From Saccharolobus solfataricus (GTDB lineage: Archaea > Thermoproteota > Thermoprotei_A > Sulfolobales > Sulfolobaceae): a stretch of DNA of 32,000 nucleotides. Positions 10,454 through 19,936 of the stretch are shown in pieces. Each line of letters opens with the position of its first letter. Within the stretch, counting starts at the first letter, position 1. The position numbers were made by a program, and so were the translations under genes. The stretch is from contig NZ_LT549890.1 in the NCBI RefSeq assembly GCF_900079115.1, positions 1,560,001-1,592,000 on the forward strand. Direction: 5' to 3'. Under the pieces are notes generated by a model, which saw only the letters and a list, made by a program, of their open reading frames with translations, did no database searches and had not been told where the DNA came from.

Positions 10454-11518
10454 TTAAGCTAACTTTTCCATAATTTCCGTTAGCTTAATTGCGTGGTTTC
10501 TCCAAGAGTATTTCTTACCTGTTTCTAAAGCGTTAATTGAAAGACTTCTTCTAAGCTTATGATTCTCTAAAACCTCGTTTATTCTGTCTACAGCCTCCTT
10601 CCAGTCTTTTACCACATAACCGTTTTCCCCTTCAATTACGAACTCCTTTCCTCCTATTCCGTCATTTACTATTACAGCCGTACCATTACATAGGGACTCC
10701 AAAACAGCCATACCAGGTCCTCTTTCATCGAATCCAAAGCGTATAGTTAAGGACGCTTTTTTATAAAGTTCCCTCAGTTTATCTTCACTAATCCTACCAG
10801 TTACTATAACTTCTGGGTATTTTCTTTTAAACTCCTCCATAGTATCCCTTCTTGCCCAGGATCCCGCCATTATTAACCTTCCCTTTATTCTTTTAGCTAT
10901 CTCACCGTAAATTTCTGGTCTCCTCCCCTCATCCCACATTGATACCGCTAAAACGAAATTTTCCTTATCTTCTTCAACCTCATCTATTGTGTAACAACCT
11001 GGATATAACACTTCAGCTCCCATACCTTTATCCTCTAGAACTCTTTTGTTCCATTGTGAATTTGTAAGTATGATTTTAGCACCTTCTAATACTTTTCTTT
11101 CCATTACCTTAGGTATTAGATATTTAATACCCTTTAAAGTTAAAGAAGTCTCATGAAGATATATCGCGTAATCTTCTCCATGAAATACCTTACGTAAATA
11201 ACCAGTAATCCCAGCAAATTGATCGTGAAACAACGCGGGTTCCTTAATAATTCTAGATGCCTTAACTATAAGATCTAAATCCACAGTTGCTTCATCACCC
11301 CTATTTTTAGCGTAAATTTCCGTTATCTTCCTAAAGAGAGGTGTGAGGAATCCTTTCTCTCCTTTCCTTCTCAAGAACTCAACGTATATTCCACTGAGAT
11401 CGTAATTGTAAAAGGATTCTCTATATACTAATAACTTAGCCTTAGCGTTCCTAGCCTGTTCCACTGCAATTCTGGCAACTCCTCCGTTCCATAAAACCCT
11501 TAAAGCGATAGTAAACAT
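10454..11518 (-). CDS. Glycosyltransferase, Glycos_transf_1 family
   Basis: 354-aa ORF with RFGFDERGPGMAVLESLCNGTAVIV and a typical GT-B C-terminal domain. Confidence 0.8.
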   Translation of the reverse strand: MFTIALRVLWNGGVARIAVEQARNAKAKLLVYRESFYNYDLSGIYVEFLRRKGEKGFLTPLFRKITEIYAKNRGDEATVDLDLIVKASRIIKEPALFHDQFAGITGYLRKVFHGEDYAIYLHETSLTLKGIKYLIPKVMERKVLEGAKIILTNSQWNKRVLEDKGMGAEVLYPGCYTIDEVEEDKENFVLAVSMWDEGRRPEIYGEIAKRIKGRLIMAGSWARRDTMEEFKRKYPEVIVTGRISEDKLRELYKKASLTIRFGFDERGPGMAVLESLCNGTAVIVNDGIGGKEFVIEGENGYVVKDWKEAVDRINEVLENHKLRRSLSINALETGKKYSWRNHAIKLTEIMEKLA

Positions 11519-11685
11519 TACATATTATTTAAAAAAGGGCTTAAATATAAAAGTTAACGTAAACTAACTGATAGGTTTTACGGCTTCCTCACGTCTTAAA
11601 AGGGCTAAGATTTCCTCCAGAGAGCTTATCGCCCTATCATCAATTCAGCTTTTATTTGGTGGTAGACGAGATGGTCACTGACTTT

Positions 11686-12911
11686 CTCACCGCCCTGAAC
11701 GGTAGACCCAAGATCATATTAGAAAAAAATATTTCTGGTAGGATAATATCGAATTTATAAAAGATAAAGAAATTTATAAGAGTATTAAGAATTCAGTTGA
11801 AGAAAGGGTTTAAGGTGAGGGAGATGTGGTATTACCACGTGAGTAAGTGAGATGGTAACACCCGGTCTCCCTCACCAAACATTCAACAAATAGGATATAA
11901 ATTACTTTCCATGTTGAACTTCCAAGGGGAAAAGGTAGATAAGGTAGCAAAAACTCTCATCTCCGCGTGTTTGTGGAACGACTCTGTAGAGAACAAGTCC
12001 AGAGCGTATGACGTATCCCCACAGACCGTGAGGAATTACGTAGAGAAACAAGGGATGGAAGTGATTGAAAAGCTATTGGAAAGAGCTAGGAAAATATCCT
12101 TGGAGATATTAAAGGGGGTAAAGGAGATAGATCTTTCAATAGACTGGACAACCAAGACGTGGTATGGGAAACCAGTGAAAGGGAGCTCTGAAAAAGGAAA
12201 CTCGTGGAACTACGCAACAACCAAGTATAAGGGGAAAGTACTTTTACTTGCCTTTATTCCGCAAGTGAACGGTATGACTAAGGACGAGATAGTGAAGGTT
12301 CTTGTGGAGCAAGTAATGGCAATGGGATTCAAGATAAGGTTGATAACTCTTGACGCTGGTTTCTACACAGTTGATGTGCTCAATTTCATTTCACAGTTTA
12401 AGTATATAATTGCTGTGCTTGTTGGGGATGTTAAGGTGTATGAGGAGTTTGACGGGGATTACACAACTAATAGTAAGAGGCATAGGAGGGATGAGCAGGT
12501 CAAGTTCAGGTTTCTCGTGTACAGCAAGGAAGAAGTGAGGAGAAAGAGTCTTGTTTATTTTGCTAGGGCTACTAACCTAGACCTATCCAAGAGGGAAGTG
12601 TTGGATTTGTATAATAAGGTAAGAGGTCCCATAGAGACCTCTTATAGGAACATTAAGGCTTTTCTTCCATTTACTGGTTCTACTAAGTTTGTTTTCCGCA
12701 CGTTGATCTTCGTGCTGGCCCTTGTACTCTACTCCTTATATACCATATTCAAGGGGGAGGTGGGGAGAGAGGAGTTTAGATTATTATTAATTCTTTTATT
12801 TCCTGATTTATTCAATCCAGAGAATTTTACATTTAATGCAATTGAAACACTTATTTACACTATAGATTTATTTTTAAGGAGGTGATTTTGGGTCTACCGC
12901 AGAGAGGCGAG
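11686..12911 (+). mobile_element. ISC1217-like insertion sequence (ISH3-type DDE transposase); boundaries approximate
   Basis: Core terminal inverted repeat cggtagaccca (11699-11709) / tgggtctaccg (12889-12899), with an imperfect outward extension. The single transposase ORF is preceded by a structured leader. Size is 1.20-1.23 kb depending on where the IR is taken to end. Confidence 0.65.
11911..12885 (+). CDS. DDE transposase (ISC1217-like)
   Basis: 324 aa. Motifs: ITLDAGFYTVDVL (second Asp region) and LYNKVRGPIETSYRNIK (Y..R..IE...K signature). Confidence 0.75.
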   Translation: MLNFQGEKVDKVAKTLISACLWNDSVENKSRAYDVSPQTVRNYVEKQGMEVIEKLLERARKISLEILKGVKEIDLSIDWTTKTWYGKPVKGSSEKGNSWNYATTKYKGKVLLLAFIPQVNGMTKDEIVKVLVEQVMAMGFKIRLITLDAGFYTVDVLNFISQFKYIIAVLVGDVKVYEEFDGDYTTNSKRHRRDEQVKFRFLVYSKEEVRRKSLVYFARATNLDLSKREVLDLYNKVRGPIETSYRNIKAFLPFTGSTKFVFRTLIFVLALVLYSLYTIFKGEVGREEFRLLLILLFPDLFNPENFTFNAIETLIYTIDLFLRR

Positions 12912-13164
12912 GCTTTCCGCCCCCTTAACCCCATTTATTTGTAACGTTATAGTTTAACTATTTTCTACTAAACAAAATATATAAAAATCTCATTTCGCCC
13001 TTTACTTATCTCTTAATAATAACACCACATGGGCCTCATGAATTTTCATTAATTTAAATAATCATGTAGAATGTGCTTTATAGGAAAATCGTTCCGTAGA
13101 CCTTATTTATATATTTCACAAAAGATGATAAAAAATTACTATAGTGATGAGAAACTCAAAAATA

Positions 13165-14577
13165 TTAAAGAAGCGTTATTGCTATTAACTTATTTTCAGT
13201 CATTTCAAGCATTGTCTCTCTAACTCCTTCTCTCCCTATACTGCTTTTCTTAAATCCGCCGAATGCTAGTGAGTCCCATCTCAATCTCGTACTATCATTT
13301 ATGATAACAGCACCAAACTTCAACTCTCTACTTAACTTTAAAGCCCTATTTACATCATTAGTAAAGATTGCAGACTGTAAGCCATACTCGGTTGAATTAG
13401 CTATTCGTATTGCCTCCTCATCACTCTTAACACTCACAATTGGTACTATAGGCCCGAAGACTTCACTCTTTAGGACTAGCATATCCAGTGAGGGATTGGT
13501 TACCATAGTTAGTGGGAAGAAACTTCCACTCTCTGGACCCTTATTGAGGATTTCAACCTTTCCACCCTTAGCTTTAGCGTCTGCTAATACACTGTTTAAG
13601 TTCTCAACGCTCTCTTTGTTGATTACTGGTCCAACGTCGGTAGTTTCATCCAAGGGGTCACCTACCTTTAACGCTCTAGCCTTATCGTTAAACGCCTTTA
13701 CGAACTTATCGTATATCTCCTCCCTAACTATAATTCTCTTGCCAGCATTACAGTTCTGACCAGCGTACTCAAACCTAGCTCTAACAGCTATTGAAGAGGC
13801 TCTCTCTATATTGGCATCTTCTAAGATGATTATGGGATCAGAACCTCCCAACTCCATTATTATTCTCTTCCCTAAGGAAACAGCTTTAGAGGCTATTTTA
13901 AGACCTGTTTGTGTGGAACCGGTTAACGTAATTAAGCCGACTAATGGGTGAGTAATTATCTCATCCCCGATTTCACTACTATAACCAGTGACTACTCTAA
14001 CTGCACTATCGGGTAATCCAGCCTCAACCAATATTTTCTTCATTTCTATGGCGGCTAGGGGTGTATTTATACTTGGCTTAACCACTACTGAATTTCCTAC
14101 TGCTAAAGCTGGAGCAACCTTATGGGCAAAGGAGTTTATGGGGAAGTTGAAGGGTAAAATTGCAGTTACAACACCTATTGGTTCCCTAGTACTTACAACT
14201 ATTCTATTCTCATTTCCAGGAGGGTACTCATAAGCGTCCACTCTATAATTTTTACCTTCTAAAACCATTCCGACTTCTTCAGCAGCATGTCTAAACAATC
14301 TGGAAGCCCTTAATACTTCAACCCTAGAATCCCTAATCGGCTTACCGGCTTCCATCGCAAGTAGTTTAGCTAGTCTCTCTTGTTCTCTTTCCAAAATTTC
14401 CGATACTTTTCTCAATATAGCTGTCCTTTTATAGAGGGGCATCTTTGATATTATTTCAAATCCCTTATATGCCTCCTCTATTTCTCCTCTAACCTCATCT
14501 TTATGCATTCTTTTCACAGTTCCAATTACATTAAGATTGGAGGGCGAACGAACTTCAATAACCTCTTGACTCATCAA
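13165..14577 (-). CDS. NAD(P)+-dependent aldehyde dehydrogenase (ALDH superfamily)
   Basis: 470 aa. Motifs: ELGGSDP (catalytic Glu region), FEYAGQNCNAGKRIIV (catalytic Cys) and FPINSFAHKVAPALAVGNSVVVKPS. The listed start is TTG (14577); the adjacent ATG at 14574 is more likely. Confidence 0.9.
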   Translation of the reverse strand: MMSQEVIEVRSPSNLNVIGTVKRMHKDEVRGEIEEAYKGFEIISKMPLYKRTAILRKVSEILEREQERLAKLLAMEAGKPIRDSRVEVLRASRLFRHAAEEVGMVLEGKNYRVDAYEYPPGNENRIVVSTREPIGVVTAILPFNFPINSFAHKVAPALAVGNSVVVKPSINTPLAAIEMKKILVEAGLPDSAVRVVTGYSSEIGDEIITHPLVGLITLTGSTQTGLKIASKAVSLGKRIIMELGGSDPIIILEDANIERASSIAVRARFEYAGQNCNAGKRIIVREEIYDKFVKAFNDKARALKVGDPLDETTDVGPVINKESVENLNSVLADAKAKGGKVEILNKGPESGSFFPLTMVTNPSLDMLVLKSEVFGPIVPIVSVKSDEEAIRIANSTEYGLQSAIFTNDVNRALKLSRELKFGAVIINDSTRLRWDSLAFGGFKKSSIGREGVRETMLEMTENKLIAITLL

Positions 14578-14596
14578 GTATGTATTTGTATTAGAA

Positions 14597-14604
14597 GTTT
14601 TTAA
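14597..14604 (-). promoter_or_regulatory. Putative TATA box of the aldehyde dehydrogenase gene
   Basis: The minus strand reads ttaaaaac, centred about 27 nt upstream of the ATG at 14574, within a 129-bp AT-rich gap. This suggests a separate leaderless transcription unit. Confidence 0.35.
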
Positions 14605-14706
14605 GTAATTATGAAATACTTAATCCAATTTTTAAACCTATAATACTTATAACATTTTTATAAGCACATTCATCTTTAGTTTAAAATAATTTAAAATAAA
14701 AGCGTA

Positions 14707-15759
14707 TTAGTATGGACACATTGGGTCTTCTGCAAATGGGTTATTATATACTGCAAAAGCCCTAGCCCTACTCCCCCCACAAATATTATTGTATTTGCAT
14801 ATGCCACATTTCCCTTCGAACCTACTATCCTTTATTTTTTTCAAAACCTCGGACTTTCTATAAATATCGACTAAACTCTCCTTCTTAACATTACCTAAAT
14901 ACAATGGTAAGAAGCCACTAGGATAGACATCACCATTATAACCTATGAAGATAACGCCAGCCCCGTCCCTAGTAGGCAAAATGCTCTTATCAGCTTCCTT
15001 TACTGGTTCACCTAATAATTCGCGTAATGTAGAAACCAGCTCATTATCGTTAGTAGTAGCTGGAGTATACTCAAGTTTAGCTCTCCTAAAGAAAGGTGCC
15101 TCAACAGTTCTCACAATTAAATCATATCTAGTGGCTTCAACTAGAAAATCTATAACATCTTTATATTTATCTCTAGGAATATCCAATTCAGTAGTTCCTC
15201 TACCCACTGGAATTAGAAAGAACACTTCCCAAATCTTTACCCCCATCTCTTTTAGCAATTTGACTACGAAAGGTAATTCACTATAACTCTTCTTCCAAAC
15301 TAGGGTATTGACTTGAACTTGTATCCCGTATTTTAATCCAAGCTCTATTCCTCTTAAAGCGTATTTATAACTACCAAGTCCCCTTAACCAGTCATGAGTT
15401 TGCGAAGTAGCTCCGTCTAGGCTAATTGACATGTATCTAGCATAATTGCTTATTATCTTCATGGTCTCATCGTCTAAACGGTGAGAAGGAGAGGGTGCTA
15501 TTGAAACTACTAATCCTAGCGACTTAGCGTATTCCATTAGTTCGAAAATATCACTTCTACTTAACGGATCACCACCGGTGAAAACTATAACAACCTTTCC
15601 AAATCTCGCTATATCTTCTAATAATTTTCTACTCTCTTCAGTATTAAGCTCACCTGGCAACGGCTTATCTATAGCGTTAGCTCTACAGTGTTTACAAGTT
15701 AATGGGCAAGCTTTAGTTACTTCCCAGAAGACTAAATGTGGAGCGTTTTCAAAGGGCAT
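14707..15759 (-). CDS. Radical SAM / SPASM-domain enzyme (AhbD / NirJ-like heme-synthase type)
   Basis: [10 protein letters not shown] (CxxxCxxC) at the N-terminus and [17 protein letters not shown] and EAPFFRR resemble AhbD-type proteins. The C-terminus is Cys-rich ([17 protein letters not shown]...DPMCP), consistent with a SPASM domain. Confidence 0.8.
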   Translation of the reverse strand: MPFENAPHLVFWEVTKACPLTCKHCRANAIDKPLPGELNTEESRKLLEDIARFGKVVIVFTGGDPLSRSDIFELMEYAKSLGLVVSIAPSPSHRLDDETMKIISNYARYMSISLDGATSQTHDWLRGLGSYKYALRGIELGLKYGIQVQVNTLVWKKSYSELPFVVKLLKEMGVKIWEVFFLIPVGRGTTELDIPRDKYKDVIDFLVEATRYDLIVRTVEAPFFRRAKLEYTPATTNDNELVSTLRELLGEPVKEADKSILPTRDGAGVIFIGYNGDVYPSGFLPLYLGNVKKESLVDIYRKSEVLKKIKDSRFEGKCGICKYNNICGGSRARAFAVYNNPFAEDPMCPY

Positions 15760-16868
15760 AATGGGTCATCTCCATAAACATCTCCATTCCAATAATACGC
15801 TCTAGCTCTATCTCCTCCTTTACACGCCGATTTATATTTACATTTATCACAATATTCCCCCCTCAAATACTTGTCCGTATTTATGAATAGGTCGGGAATA
15901 TTCTTAATTATCTCCTTAAGCGGTTTTTCCCTAACGTTACCTAATTTGTAAAAGTCAATGAATTGACAAGGATAAACGTCACCATTTGGATATATTGATA
16001 TCATCTTCCTTCCACATCCTCCACTATTTTCAACAAATTTCATGTACTTTTCAAGTTCTTCCTCATCTCTAGCCAACTTTTTAGCTATGTAAACTCCATC
16101 GAATTGTCCCAAGGTAGTCTCAATCTCTATCTTTCCACTTAGCTTAATTGCATAGTCAATCATTTTGTTTATGAAACCAACATATTCTTCTGGAGTATAC
16201 ATCCACTCCCTTAATTCCTTACCCCTCCCACTAGCTGATAAATGATAAAACGTTATTCTCTTAACTCCCAGTTCCAGGGCCAATTTCACGTATTCGTCTA
16301 TCTGATGAATGTTTCTAGCCGTAATAGTAAATCTAAGTCCAACGTTTAGTCCAACGTTTATTGCATTTTTAATTCCCTTTACTGTCATGTTAAAGGCTCC
16401 ATTTAGACCTCTAAATCTATCGTGAAATTCTGGATCGTAACTATCTAAACTTATACCTACGTAAGAGAAATCCAGTTCTTTTAATTTCTTCGCAACACTC
16501 TCGGTAATCAATGTGCCATTTGTAGATAAGGCTAATTTTATTCCCTTTATCCTAGCATATGATGCCAATTCAAAGAAATCCCTTCTCATTAATGGCTCTC
16601 CGCCGCTCATTATAATTAATGGAATTCTCATTTCAGCCATTTCGTCTATTAGCCTTAACGCCTCTTCTGTAGTTGACCCATCCTCACCTTCTGGTGACGC
16701 GTTAATATAACAATGAAGACATTTCAAGTTGCATTTCCGCGTGAGATTCCACGTTACCACTGGTCTAAATACGTCGCTGAATTTACTAGGTCTATCCTTA
16801 TTATACTCACCTTTAATGTGAAATGAAACTGTACCAGCATTAGTTACTAGAACGCTTATTGGAATCAT
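15732..16868 (-). CDS. Radical SAM / SPASM-domain enzyme (AhbC / NirJ-like type)
   Basis: [15 protein letters not shown] and [10 protein letters not shown] motifs, plus a C-terminal CGRK...CQF...[18 protein letters not shown]...DPLCP region. It overlaps the downstream rSAM gene by 28 nt. Confidence 0.8.
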   Translation of the reverse strand: MIPISVLVTNAGTVSFHIKGEYNKDRPSKFSDVFRPVVTWNLTRKCNLKCLHCYINASPEGEDGSTTEEALRLIDEMAEMRIPLIIMSGGEPLMRRDFFELASYARIKGIKLALSTNGTLITESVAKKLKELDFSYVGISLDSYDPEFHDRFRGLNGAFNMTVKGIKNAINVGLNVGLRFTITARNIHQIDEYVKLALELGVKRITFYHLSASGRGKELREWMYTPEEYVGFINKMIDYAIKLSGKIEIETTLGQFDGVYIAKKLARDEEELEKYMKFVENSGGCGRKMISIYPNGDVYPCQFIDFYKLGNVREKPLKEIIKNIPDLFINTDKYLRGEYCDKCKYKSACKGGDRARAYYWNGDVYGDDPLCPLKTLHI

Positions 16869-16890
16869 AATAATAAAAAGATATCTTAGT

Positions 16891-16899
16891 CATAAAAAA
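16891..16899 (-). promoter_or_regulatory. Putative TATA box of the upstream radical SAM gene
   Basis: The minus strand reads ttttttatg, centred about 27 nt upstream of the ATG at 16868. Confidence 0.35.
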
Positions 16900-16929
16900 G
16901 TGATCCCTAATCTTTTAGCAATTATTTTC

Positions 16930-17418
16930 TTAAACGGGGTTGTTTTGCACAATTATCTTTTTAACTCTCCTACACTTCTGCAATAGTTTTAACTTATTAA
17001 TATTTGGTGGTATTATAAGCTCATCAACATCACTTATTTCTTGGATGTATTTCTCCACATCATCATCCGAAATATTAACTAGGCTTAATTTCTTAATACC
17101 TTTAAATGCAATAGGCTTACTCGTTTGCATCATCTCTTCCTTGTTTACTGATAACTCGTCTATATCGGAAATTATTATTAAATTGCCTATTCCTTCCTTA
17201 AATCCTTCAATGAACGTTTTACCACTTTCAACTACTCCACTTGCAGTTCTTTTGGCAGCATCTGATAAATCTAAGAATGTTCTAAACGCTTGGTTCGTAA
17301 CTTCCCCAATAGTCTTACCAGAAGATCTAGCAATTTCTGTTAGCTTTCTATATATTTTCTCATCAACTCCTCTTATTGTAATTGTTTTCTTTTTGTTTTC
17401 ATTGTTTTCTTGACTCAT
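16930..17418 (-). CDS. Hypothetical protein with N-terminal ribbon-helix-helix-like (CopG/Arc-type) segment
   Basis: 162 aa. TITIRGVDEKIYRKLTEIARSSGKTIGEVTNQAFRTFL fits a beta-strand/helix/helix RHH pattern. The C-terminal 100 aa are unrecognised. The charged composition suggests this strand is the coding one. Confidence 0.5.
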   Translation of the reverse strand: MSQENNENKKKTITIRGVDEKIYRKLTEIARSSGKTIGEVTNQAFRTFLDLSDAAKRTASGVVESGKTFIEGFKEGIGNLIIISDIDELSVNKEEMMQTSKPIAFKGIKKLSLVNISDDDVEKYIQEISDVDELIIPPNINKLKLLQKCRRVKKIIVQNNPV

Positions 17419-17879
17419 GTGTTAAACATGTATTACAGACTTATAAATTCTTCCCAATTTGTTTGCTTTGTTGAATTCTTCGATTGAGTACTTACCTTGA
17501 TATTTGCTCTTACTTTAATATAAATAATGGGATTTAACAGCCTTAATATAAAAATATTATGATCTTGAATATAATTCTTTTAAAAACTATCTAACCCTAG
17601 GATTTTAAATAAAATGCTTATTGTACTTAATAAAAATATAATTTCTAATCTAAATCTAGGATTTCAGTATGGTATGAGAAAGGATTAAATTCATTGAAGG
17701 CAAAGATAGATTGAAAGCTGAAAACTTTTATGAGAATGCGAAGAATTATTTCCTACAAATAACAGAATTTTAAAAAATGAATTTCTAAGTCTCTTTATTA
17801 GAGGACTACTCATAAACGTGTGTAGAGATAATATAAACGTTTTCATTTATTCTTCTCCGAAAGATAGGCGGAACTTTTA

Positions 17880-18482
17880 GGTGTGAGAGGTGTGTGGGTT
17901 CGCTCTTGACAGGCAATTAAACGCATCCCTTAATATTTTCCTCAAGATGTGTGAGTTTCCCCACATTCGTGGAATATCAAGGATGTGAGTTATCCCGTTA
18001 AAGGTACAGGAGTAATGAATGAGGCGATGCTTGGGACTCTGGTGAAGCCAAAGGGCTGAGGATTGATATTAAATATCATGAAATCCTATGAAGCCTAAAC
18101 CCCTCCATATTATTATATGATACTTGAGAGATTAAAAAGAACGACATCTTAGTTGTAAGAGATAGAATGGGCTATGCGATAAAATTCGCATCTGATTAAC
18201 ACTACCCACATATCAGAAGCTTATTATACTTCTGCTTACTCAATACCTAATCTTGGGTAATTCAACAAAGAGATTACGCAGAACAAGGATTCACAACAAC
18301 AAAACACAGAATATCATCAATGGACAAGCACTTCCCTGGAATTCAAATAAATTCACGATTACCCGTTGGCTCTCGACGTTCTTCTTGATATATAACCTAT
18401 TTACACTCCAGTATATTTACTAGACAAAGAAGTGATAATAGATGTAAATATTCCAATTGAATGAAATTATTGTTCACACTCT
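17880..18482 (+). pseudogene. Decayed DDE transposase remnant (IS5/IS4-like); extent approximate
   Basis: Broken frames give DILVVRDRMGYAIKFASD (D-x-G-Y second-Asp region, about 18140-18195) and IQQRDYAEQGFTTTK (R-x3-E-x-G-F-x3-K, about 18255-18300). There are many stops and frameshifts. Repeated (a/g)tgtgag motifs occur at 17881, 17949 and 17984. Confidence 0.4.
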
Positions 18483-18898
18483 TGTTGGTGATATTAAGCG
18501 CTTTTCAAGGCCGAGTCCTTTGTAGCTTATTGTGGATTAGACCTTGTTGTGGAAAGAAGCGGTAGGGCTGTGATAAGTAAGGGAATTCCCAAGAGGGGTA
18601 ATAGATACTTGCGTAGCTTGTTTTATTTTCTTGCAGAGATGAATTACCATAGGCCCCAACCTTGCTGAAGTTCTACAAGTCCCACAAGGTTAAGCTTCAC
18701 AGTAGGAAATTGCACACTGCTTTGGCTAGAAAGTTGGCTAGGATTATATGGAGTGTATGGTATAATAATAAGCCTTATGAGCCCAAATAATTAAAGAAAC
18801 CCTTCCCCTTAATCGCCACGTGGGTTGAAAGGACTCACGTGGCAACCTTAGTTGACACTATGCTTGAAGTTCAACCGAAATATTTATTACTGAATACC
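18483..18898 (+). mobile_element. 3' fragment (about 415 bp) of an IS110-family element
   Basis: Collinear with 26045-26458 of the full copy. It encodes a frameshifted C-terminal recombinase piece (...ESFVAYCGLDLVVERSGRAVISKGIPKRGNRYLRSLFYF... / ...LARKLARIIWSVWYNNKPYEPK*) and the conserved right-end hairpin at 18815-18843. Confidence 0.85.
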
Positions 18899-18952
18899 AC
18901 AAGGCAATTACCATAATAAAACTTTAATAAGAATAAGGGAATAGGTAATTGT

Positions 18953-19156
18953 GTGATAGATCCAAAATTAATAATAAAGTTATTAGAAGATAGACAGAGA
19001 CCTAGAGGTAGTAAGATAAAGGATGAAGACTTAAAGAGACTGGCCAAATTTGGAGAGGAGAATATGAAATTGCTGGAAGTGTTAGGCTGTTGGAAAATGG
19101 AAGGTGATATAATATATTACAAGACTGGTTGCTTAGGGAATTACTTTCAAGAATAA
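18953..19156 (+). CDS. Small ORF upstream of the nucleotidyltransferase; either a partner protein or the frameshifted N-terminal domain of it
   Basis: 67 aa with a GTG start. It overlaps the next ORF by 28 nt in a different frame. No motif was recognised. Confidence 0.3.
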   Translation: MIDPKLIIKLLEDRQRPRGSKIKDEDLKRLAKFGEENMKLLEVLGCWKMEGDIIYYKTGCLGNYFQE

Positions 19157-19689
19157 GTGAGCTGAAAGGTAGTGAAACAGATCGCTTTCTAAAATTTCTA
19201 GCAATTTTAAATACTCTTCTAGAAGATAAGGGTCTTGGTAGGATTATTATCGTTGGAGGTTTTGCTGTAGAATTATATTCTGGTAGAAGCTATAGAACAG
19301 GCGATGTGGATGTGATAGTAGAAGGTATAGCGGAAAACTTAGTACGGCAAGTATTAAAGGAGATATCGGATTTTGGGCTAAGAATATACTTACCTAAGAT
19401 AAGGGAAATATCGGAAAAGGGAATTGACATAGTCGATAACGTTTATAATAAACGTAAATCTCCGCTTAAAGTACAAGTTGACTCTTATTACATCTATATT
19501 ACTCCGCCGGAAGAGGTAGTATTAACTTACCTAGAAGCATGGAAATTCTGGAACAGTATTGAGGATAGAAATAAGGCTGTTCTTGTTTATTGCGCCCAAC
19601 GGAACAGAATTGACGTTAATTACATAAATCTCGAAAGTGAGAGAAGAGGAGTAAAAGATTTCCTTGAGAGAGTGAAAGACTATTGTTAA
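19129..19689 (+). CDS. Nucleotidyltransferase-fold protein (Pol-beta superfamily; AbiEii-like motif)
   Basis: VGGFAVELYSGRSYRTGDVDVIV fits the hGG-x(9-13)-DhDh motif, as in AbiEii-type and minimal NTases. The listed start is TTG, and the frame is open from 19108. Confidence 0.55.
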   Translation: MLRELLSRISELKGSETDRFLKFLAILNTLLEDKGLGRIIIVGGFAVELYSGRSYRTGDVDVIVEGIAENLVRQVLKEISDFGLRIYLPKIREISEKGIDIVDNVYNKRKSPLKVQVDSYYIYITPPEEVVLTYLEAWKFWNSIEDRNKAVLVYCAQRNRIDVNYINLESERRGVKDFLERVKDYC

Positions 19690-19936
19690 ATGAGTTATTA
19701 AGAATTGCTCCCTAATCTGCTTTGCTGAATACTTCAATTTTCTAAGATGTCAGACTCATCAATTTTTCTTAAATTCAAAATCGAACGTTGATTTAAAAGT
19801 AAGTTACACGTTAACTCAGATAAAAATTGAACTAATCCACAAAGCACCACTTATAAAAATGTTTAAATACTCCTTTTATGAGAGTGGAGATGGTGTCGCT
19901 ATTAAGCTATTTATATTTGTATAACGAGTATTACTT

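Noticed and set aside
11659-13105. Extra g(g)tagac motifs (11661, 13096) near the ISC1217-like element as possible solo IRs or excision footprints
   Set aside because: Only 6-8 nt match and there is no extended similarity to the IS ends beyond the motif. This is compatible with chance in 1.4 kb.
16940-17413. 157-aa ORF on the plus strand, almost exactly antisense to the 162-aa RHH-like gene
   Set aside because: The translation is a low-complexity Ser/Leu/Ile/Phe string typical of the shadow frame of a Lys/Glu-rich gene. The minus-strand product has sensible composition and an RHH-like motif. The same reasoning applies to 1356-1637, 5368-5571, 13301-13759, 13988-14233, 14945-15286, 15578-15805, 16513-16710, 23280-23465, 23780-23962, 25798-26001, 26101-26379, 28211-28396, 28564-28746, 29403-29747, 29979-30176, 30881-31075 and 31164-31358.
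17990-18062. C/D-box sRNA-like arrangement (aatgaatga ... ctga)
   Set aside because: The C box has an extra base relative to RUGAUGA, no convincing C'/D' pair, no terminal stem, and it lies inside a decayed transposase remnant.
8997-18898. Idea that the IS110 5' fragment (8997-9398) and the same-strand 3' fragment (18483-18898) are two halves of one element split by a 9-kb insertion
   Set aside because: The break points correspond to about position 405 and about position 805 of the full element, so roughly 400 bp would be missing. The inner flanks show no insertion signature. Independent truncations are more likely.
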